Source: Chitinivibrionales bacterium (GTDB lineage: Bacteria > Fibrobacterota > Chitinivibrionia > Chitinivibrionales > FEN-1185). From it: a stretch of DNA of 64,000 bases. Each line of letters opens with the position of its first letter. The stretch's first letter is position 1. The notes beneath the pieces were generated by a model, which searched no databases, was not told the origin of the DNA, and saw only the letters and a list, made by a program, of their open reading frames with translations. The stretch lies in contig DATJAL010000018.1 of assembly GCA_035516255.1 (NCBI GenBank), forward strand, positions 22,992 through 86,991. The letters are read 5' to 3'. This document shows, one piece after another, positions 58,716 through 64,000 of this stretch. A program made the translations under genes and the position numbers.

Positions 58716-59273
58716 TTAATAACTGTGCTGACTGGTCTCAATCAAATAGAGAATGAGAGTTTTGAGGACAAATGGTTTCACGCGTTGCAACCCGGCTTTT
58801 TGCGCCGCATTCCCTACATCATCCGGTCTCAACCGGTGCAGCAGCGGCGGCCCGATTTCCTCCTGCCGGTATTGCCACTCAAGAACCGCGATCCTTTTCT
58901 TTGCGATTCGCCTGCATTCGGCGAGCGTAATTGCCGGATCGTCAACCTCGTGCAGCAGGTGCGCCATGAAAACGATGTCGAAAGATTTGTCGCGAAAAGG
59001 CATTTGGTCGGCCAATGACGCGGCAACACGCGCCAAAGGCAGGAACCCTCGTGCGGCGCGAAGCATTGCCGGGTTGAAATCGATTCCGGCGCAAAAAAGT
59101 CCGCGCGAAGAAAACGCCTCGAGAAAAATCCCGCTTCCGGACCCGGCATCCAGAATGCTGGCCGCGTTCATGCCCTTGATGCAGAGCTCTGCAACACGGC
59201 TGACCTCCAGCACCGCCATGCGTTCCGGACGCCGGAGCTGCGCAATATCACCCGAATAAGTGCGTTCGTTCAT
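58716..59273 (-). CDS. class I SAM-dependent methyltransferase
   Basis: ILDAGSGSGIFLEAF (motif I), GIDFNPAML, FDIVFMAHLLHEV and IAVLEW are typical of the Methyltransf_11/25 type. Confidence 0.8.
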   Translation of the reverse strand: MNERTYSGDIAQLRRPERMAVLEVSRVAELCIKGMNAASILDAGSGSGIFLEAFSSRGLFCAGIDFNPAMLRAARGFLPLARVAASLADQMPFRDKSFDIVFMAHLLHEVDDPAITLAECRRIAKKRIAVLEWQYRQEEIGPPLLHRLRPDDVGNAAQKAGLQRVKPFVLKTLILYLIETSQHSY

Positions 59274-59489
59274 TTGATCCTCGATGGAAAAAAGCAGCCG
59301 GCAATTACCGGTCAGCAGCCAGCCAAGATCATTGTCGCTTAGATATTTTTTGATTCAGAATATAGACCATTCTTTTCCATAAAATAATAGCGGCGGCGCT
59401 GCTTCAGCGACGCCTACAACCGGCGTGCCGCCAGCCACCGCCGAAGTGTGCTTTGTCAATGAAAGCAACGGCGCCAAAGAGGGGGTGTG

Positions 59490-59535
59490 CCCGGCAATAA
59501 AAAAGACGCATCTTAGCGCCTTTTTTATTGCCGGG
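59490..59535 (-). terminator. 15-bp perfect hairpin downstream of gltA
   Basis: cccggcaataaaaaa (59490-59504) and ttttttattgccggg (59521-59535) with a 16-nt loop. The stem contains A/U runs, so it could act bidirectionally. Confidence 0.5.
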
Positions 59536-59559
59536 CCAGGGGGAGACTTCCCCCTCCAG
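59533..59559. repeat. REP-like palindromic element (copy 2, inverted relative to 47531-47558)
   Basis: gggccagggggagacttccccctccag; core hairpin AGGGGGA-GACT-TCCCCCT. Confidence 0.7.
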
Positions 59560-59575
59560 ATGAATTTTATCTTGT

Positions 59576-60895
59576 TTATTTCATCCTTTTGTCAATCGCC
59601 ACGAACTCCCGTTTCCTCGGTCCCATGTAGATCTGCCGGGGCCGCCATATCTTGCCCTTCTCGTTCTCCATGGTCTCTTTCCAATGCGCGATCCAGCCCG
59701 GCAGCCGGCCGATGGTGAACATCACGGTGAGCATATTGGTGGGAATGCCCATGGCGCGGTAGATGATGCCGGAGTAGAAATCCACGTTGGGATACAGCTT
59801 GCGCTCGATGAAATACTCGTCTTTAAGCGCCGCCTCCTCAAGTTCCAAGGCAAGGTCAAGGAGCGGATCCGCGATATTGAGCTTGGGCAGCAGGTCGTGG
59901 CAGATCTTCTTCACGATCCTGGCGCGCGGGTCGTAGTTCTTGTAAATGGCATGGCCGAACCCCATGAGCTTGAACTTGTTTTTCTTGTTCTTCGCCTTTT
60001 CCAGATATTTTTTGATGTTGCCGCGGTCTTGATATATCGTGTCGAGCATCTCGACGACCGCCTGGTTGGCGCCGCCGTGCAGCGGCCCCCACAGCGCCGA
60101 GATGCCGGCCGAAATCGCGGCGTACAGGTTAACGCCCGTGCTCGCCACGAGCTTGACGGCGGAGGTCGAGCAGTTCTGCTCGTGGTCCGCGTGGAGGATG
60201 AGCAGCTGGTTGAGCGTCTTGACAAGATCGGGATTGATCTCGTATTCCGCCACGGGCGACGAGAACATCATGTTGAGGAAGTTCGCGCAGTAGCTGAGAT
60301 CGTGGCGCGGATACACCACGGGCTCGCCGCGCGACTTCTTGTACGAAAACGCGGCAATGGTCCGCACCTTGGAAAGAAGGCGCGCCTCGGTGATGTCGAA
60401 GCTCGGGTCGTCGTAGCCGAGGTACGGGTAAAAACTCGACAGCGACGTCACCATGCCCGACAGGATCGCCATTGGATGCGAGTTGGGCGGGAACCCGGTG
60501 AAGAAATGGTGCATGTCCTCGTGGATCATGGAGTGCTGGTTGAGGTACCCGGAAAATTTCCGCAGCTCGGCCGCCGTGGGCAGCTTGCCCTGCACCAGCA
60601 GGTAGGCGACTTCGACAAACGTGCAGTTCTCGACCAGGTCCCCGATGTCGTACCCGCGGTAGCGGAGAATGCTTTTATCGCCGTCCACAAACGTAATTTG
60701 GGACAGCGTGGACGAGGTGTTGGCAAAGCCGTTGTCAAATACGAAACAGCCCGTTTCGGCCTTGAGTCTGCTTATGTCGATGCCTTTCTGCCCTTCGGTG
60801 CCCTCGATGAGCGGGAGCTCAATGCGCTTTCCCTCAATGATGATGGCGGCTTTTTTTGAGGGCGCCGGGATGGAATGCGATGGCCGTTTTTTCAT
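59576..60895 (-). CDS. gltA: citrate synthase
   Basis: 439 aa. RGYDI..L, LILHADHEQNCSTS, GPLHGGAN, GFGHAIYKNYDPRA and NVDFYSG motifs. Confidence 0.9.
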   Translation of the reverse strand: MKKRPSHSIPAPSKKAAIIIEGKRIELPLIEGTEGQKGIDISRLKAETGCFVFDNGFANTSSTLSQITFVDGDKSILRYRGYDIGDLVENCTFVEVAYLLVQGKLPTAAELRKFSGYLNQHSMIHEDMHHFFTGFPPNSHPMAILSGMVTSLSSFYPYLGYDDPSFDITEARLLSKVRTIAAFSYKKSRGEPVVYPRHDLSYCANFLNMMFSSPVAEYEINPDLVKTLNQLLILHADHEQNCSTSAVKLVASTGVNLYAAISAGISALWGPLHGGANQAVVEMLDTIYQDRGNIKKYLEKAKNKKNKFKLMGFGHAIYKNYDPRARIVKKICHDLLPKLNIADPLLDLALELEEAALKDEYFIERKLYPNVDFYSGIIYRAMGIPTNMLTVMFTIGRLPGWIAHWKETMENEKGKIWRPRQIYMGPRKREFVAIDKRMK

Positions 60896-61118
60896 GATGA
60901 TTTGACCTTTTTTAATGTAAAAAACAACCCGGTTCCTGTATCAAGATAGTATCTCCGGATTGGTTTTCAAATGATAAAAATAATTCTTTATTATGCAAAT
61001 GGGGAAACAGTGCAATTGAATGATTTATTTTTTGTGTATAACGCAAAATCAACGGACACCGGCGGGACTATATTTATTTTAATAAAACACGCGAACATTC
61101 ATTAAAGGAAGCAAGAGC

Positions 61119-61865
61119 ATGGCCGAACAGGAAGCATCTGCGAAAAGAACCGCGATCGTCACCGGCGGGAGCAGGGGGATCGGCAGGGCGATAAGCGAGC
61201 GGCTCGCGGCGGACGGGTTTCACGTGGTGGTCAACTACCGCTCAAACACGAAGGAGGCGGAAGAAACGCTCGGGCGCATCCAAAAGGCCGGCGGGTCCGG
61301 CGAGCTGTGCAGGTTTGACGTGACAGACAGGAACGCCGTTAAAACCGCCATGGAAAACCTGCTCAAACGCCATGCCGCCGTCTCCGCCCTGGTGGTGTGC
61401 GCCGGCATCCGCCACGATGAACTGCTCATTTTCATGACCGAGGAGCATTGGGACAGCGTTCTTGCCACCGACCTGTTCAGCTTTCACGCCGTGGTGAAGC
61501 CGGTGGTGAAGCAGATGGTGCTCAACCACCGGGGGCGCATCATCGTGATTTCATCGACCTCGGGCGAGAGCGGTCTGCCGGGCCAGGTGAATTATTCCGC
61601 GGCAAAAGCCGGACTCATCGGCGCGGTCAAGGCGCTCGCGCTCGAATGCGCGAAGCGCAACGTGCTGGTCAACGCAGTGACGCCGGGATTCATAGAAACC
61701 GACATGACCGAGGCGCTCGTGACCAAGGAGCTCAAACAGCGGATCCCCATGTTCCGGGTGGGAAAACCCGAGGAGGTCGCGGGCGTAGTCTCGTTTTTGG
61801 CTTCGGATGACGCGAGCTACATCACGGGGCAAGTGATCGGGGTGAACGGCGGGATTTACATGTAG
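61119..61865 (+). CDS. fabG: 3-oxoacyl-ACP reductase-like short-chain dehydrogenase
   Basis: AIVTGGSRGIGRAI, NAGI-like CAGI, S...YSAAKAG, VNAVTPGFIETDM, GQVIGVNGGIYM. The symbol is by family resemblance only. Confidence 0.8.
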   Translation: MAEQEASAKRTAIVTGGSRGIGRAISERLAADGFHVVVNYRSNTKEAEETLGRIQKAGGSGELCRFDVTDRNAVKTAMENLLKRHAAVSALVVCAGIRHDELLIFMTEEHWDSVLATDLFSFHAVVKPVVKQMVLNHRGRIIVISSTSGESGLPGQVNYSAAKAGLIGAVKALALECAKRNVLVNAVTPGFIETDMTEALVTKELKQRIPMFRVGKPEEVAGVVSFLASDDASYITGQVIGVNGGIYM

Positions 61866-61932
61866 ACGAGTAAACGCGTTAACAAGTTGATGAGGTGGAG
61901 TGTTAATAGTTCAGTTTTTTTACAATGTTGAT

Positions 61933-62065
61933 TGTCATTCCCGTGAAAACGGGAAAACGACTATGATTGCATGCAATGACTAATGAAGTTTGGGTTCTTA
62001 CCAATCCATTTTTCCTTGTAGAAAGACTGGATCCCCGGTCAGGTCGGGGATGACAAATCTTGAAG
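61933..62065. mobile_element. MITE-like element, ~133 bp, same terminal-hairpin family as 42811-42888
   Basis: tgtcattcccgtgaaaacgggaaaac (61933-61958) and ggatccccggtcaggtcggggatgaca (62039-62065) are oriented as inverted termini (TGTCAT...ATGACA). Confidence 0.45.
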
Positions 62066-62131
62066 CGATGGTCCTGTTGTCGCGAGCAAGTCAAGCGTGG
62101 TACCGACCGGCACAATTCGATATTTCATCGT

Positions 62132-64000
62132 ATGTGTAAAGAGAAAAAATTATCCCCCCTTTTCTCTGCTTTGAAAGCAACAAGTGCACCCCTATTTCTT
62201 ATTCTCTCCGCAGGAACCGTTCTCGCTTTTCCCCCCCTCGACACCGCCGGCTCCGGCGCCCTCATCACCGGCGACTGCCGGCTCGCGCTCGAGGTCCTCA
62301 AGCGCGACAGCAGCGTCACCGACTCGGCATACTGGCATTTCAAGCAGGGGGTGGCGTATTTCAAATGCCAGGATTACGAACGGGCAATCCCGCAGTTCAG
62401 GCAGTGCCTGGCGGATTCGTCGAGGTTCCGCGGCATCGCGTACGAATTCATCGGCGACGTCGAGACCGCCCGCTCCCGGTTTTCCGACGCCGCGACGGCC
62501 TACCTTTTCGCGAGGCGCGATTCGCTGCCGCAGGCCCTGCTGCAGGAGATCAGCGAAAAACTCTATGCGCTTGTCAAGGCCCAGCCGCTGCTTGCCGGGC
62601 CGTTCCCCGAACTCGCGGCGCTTGCCGCCGAGAAAACAATCCTGCTCGAACAGGCCGCCGACACCGTGGGGCCGAAAATCGATTCGCTGCTGAAGTCGGA
62701 ACAATGGCAGGCGGCCGACAGCATGCTCGCGGCGCAGATCGATACGGCATTGACAAAAAGGAACTGCCGGATCGTTGACGTGGTCGCGGCGCACAAGCTG
62801 CCGGACTCCGTGTTCTCCACGGCGCTGGTGTTCAGGCTGTCGCGCGCCGCATATGCGTGCAAGGAGTGGGCGGTGGCCGACACGCTGCTCGCCCGGGCCG
62901 AGGCCCGGCGGGATTTCGGCGCGGCCGTGCCGCGCAAGGACTATTGCTTTCAAAAAGGCATGGTCTCCTATTCGTTGTCCCGGTACGCCGCGGCGATCAA
63001 GGCGCTTATGGAATTCCAGAAAAAATTCGGCCCCACGCCCGACGCGGTGCTGACGCTCGGACGGGCCAACCGCTCCACGGGCCATGATACACTGGCGGAA
63101 TACTGGTATAACCAGTTTGCAAAGCTATATCCCAAGCATCCGAATACGCCGGACGTGTACTGGTACCTTGCGGGGAAAGAAGAAGAGGACGGCCATTTCG
63201 CGAAAGCGGCGGGACTGTACCAGAAACTGGCGAAACTTAAGAAATTCCCGCGGGCGGAAGAGGCGTTTTTCCGGAAAGGCCTGTGCTGGTACAAGGCGGG
63301 CGCCTATGCGCGGGCATGCTCCACGTTCATCGCGTTTACAAGAGGGAACGTTGATGCTCCCCTTGAAAGCGGCGCCCAGTACTGGAAGGCCAAATGCCTT
63401 CTGGCGCTGGGAAAACACCGGGAGACCGCGGAGGCGTTCCGCGTCGTGGTACGCACCGCGCCCGCGGATTATTACGCGTTTCGGGCGCGCGAGATGCTGA
63501 CGCTCTCGGGGGACACGGTCGGTTTTCCGGTTCTCGACACCACCTATGATGCCGCGTCCACCCGTGCATGGATCGACTCGGTCTCCCCGCCGCAAAAGAT
63601 CGCCCTTGCGCCGGCCGACAGCGCCTGTCTTGAGCGCGGCACCATGTTCGCCCTGTGCGGCCTTACCGGTCTTGCGGGCCGTTTTCTTGACGGGCTCGAG
63701 ATGCGGTATCCCTCGAACCTCGGCCTCGAGTTCGACCTGGCATGGCTTTACAAACGCGCAAACGACCCCACCCTGTCGTTCAGGGTGGCGCGGCGGCTGT
63801 CGTGGCGGGTGCCGCCGGAGGCGCGTGCGATCATGCCCCTTCCCCTGTATGAGCTGCTATATCCGCTGACCTACGGCGGGGAGGTGGCGCGGGAAGCGAG
63901 CCGGTACGGCGTGGACCCGTATCTCGTGCTCGCGGTCATGCGGCAGGAAAGCATTTTCGACCCCTGCGTGCAGTCGCGCGCGGGCGCGATCGGCCTCATG
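62132..64000 (+). CDS. soluble lytic murein transglycosylase (Slt70-like), 3' end outside window
   Basis: Not in the supplied ORF track because it has no in-window stop. I translated this frame over 62132-62460 and 63062-64000 and saw no stops. It starts MCKEKKLSPLFSALKATSAPLFLILSAGTVLAF (signal) and continues with TPR-like helices (YWHFKQGVAYFKCQDYERAIPQF, YWKAKCLLALGKHRETAEAF). It ends in the SLT catalytic motif GVDPYLVLAVMRQESIFDPCVQSRAGAIGLM. Confidence 0.8.
   Translation, partial: MCKEKKLSPLFSALKATSAPLFLILSAGTVLAFPPLDTAGSGALITGDCRLALEVLKRDSSVTDSAYWHFKQGVAYFKCQDYERAIPQFRQCLADSSRFRGIAYEFIGDVETARSRFSDAATAYLFARRDSLPQALLQEISEKLYALVKAQPLLAGPFPELAALAAEKTILLEQAADTVGPKIDSLLKSEQWQAADSMLAAQIDTALTKRNCRIVDVVAAHKLPDSVFSTALVFRLSRAAYACKEWAVADTLLARAEARRDFGAAVPRKDYCFQKGMVSYSLSRYAAAIKALMEFQKKFGPTPDAVLTLGRANRSTGHDTLAEYWYNQFAKLYPKHPNTPDVYWYLAGKEEEDGHFAKAAGLYQKLAKLKKFPRAEEAFFRKGLCWYKAGAYARACSTFIAFTRGNVDAPLESGAQYWKAKCLLALGKHRETAEAFRVVVRTAPADYYAFRAREMLTLSGDTVGFPVLDTTYDAASTRAWIDSVSPPQKIALAPADSACLERGTMFALCGLTGLAGRFLDGLEMRYPSNLGLEFDLAWLYKRANDPTLSFRVARRLSWRVPPEARAIMPLPLYELLYPLTYGGEVAREASRYGVDPYLVLAVMRQESIFDPCVQSRAGAIGLM

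Noticed and set aside
59684-60859. 391-aa plus-strand ORF antisense to citrate synthase.
   Set aside because: The citrate synthase signature motifs are on the minus strand. The plus frame is low-complexity (R/V/G/H).
62184-63869. All track ORFs in this interval (62184-62693 +, 62365-62778 +, 62192-63085 -, 63084-63500 +, 63125-63595 -, 63546-63869 +).
   Set aside because: The remaining plus frame, which the track omits because it runs off the window, reads as a signal peptide, TPR-like helices and an SLT catalytic motif. The listed ORFs are R/P/A-rich alternate-frame or antisense artefacts.

Overview
GC-rich bacterial chromosomal segment: my hand counts of single 60-nt lines give about 60-70% GC in most genes, with a few clearly AT-richer patches. 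I recognise about 45 credible protein genes. I found no rRNA, tRNA, CRISPR array, transposase, integrase or phage gene. Housekeeping genes (purN, rnhB, a MoxR-type ATPase, trpE-trpG-trpC...trpF, valS, gltA, a fabG-like SDR, a 3'-truncated slt-like gene) are interleaved with many exported proteins. Eight proteins plus one relic end in the same T9SS-type C-terminal sorting domain (CTD). This suggests an FCB-superphylum-like organism; finer taxonomy cannot be derived from the sequence alone. The region 2.5-16.6 kb looks like a surface-glycan locus: glycosyltransferases, a Wzx-like flippase, a PKD-repeat/SGNH protein and an FGE-sulfatase-domain protein. The best candidate for an undescribed system is the minus-strand block 26.5-38.7 kb. 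It holds three twin-arginine (Tat) signal DUF362-like proteins, three paralogous ~190-aa lipoproteins, a fused NapH+NapG-type membrane polyferredoxin, and a ~1240-aa protein with a beta-propeller and a probable outer-membrane (OM) barrel. No known catalytic partner sits in the block. Other points: (1) two related structured leader-like regions lie directly upstream of trpE and trpF in a fragmented trp cluster. (2) There are MITE-like and REP-like GC-rich palindromic repeat families. (3) A low-GC insertion carries a methyltransferase-fold gene next to a relic CTD that keeps its own terminator. (4) Four discoidin-domain T9SS cargo paralogs form a tandem array. (5) One secreted propeller protein has two CXXCH motifs. 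(6) Many long ORFs in the supplied track are antisense or alternate-frame shadows of real GC-rich genes. The real slt-like gene (62132 to window end) is absent from the track because it has no stop codon in the window.
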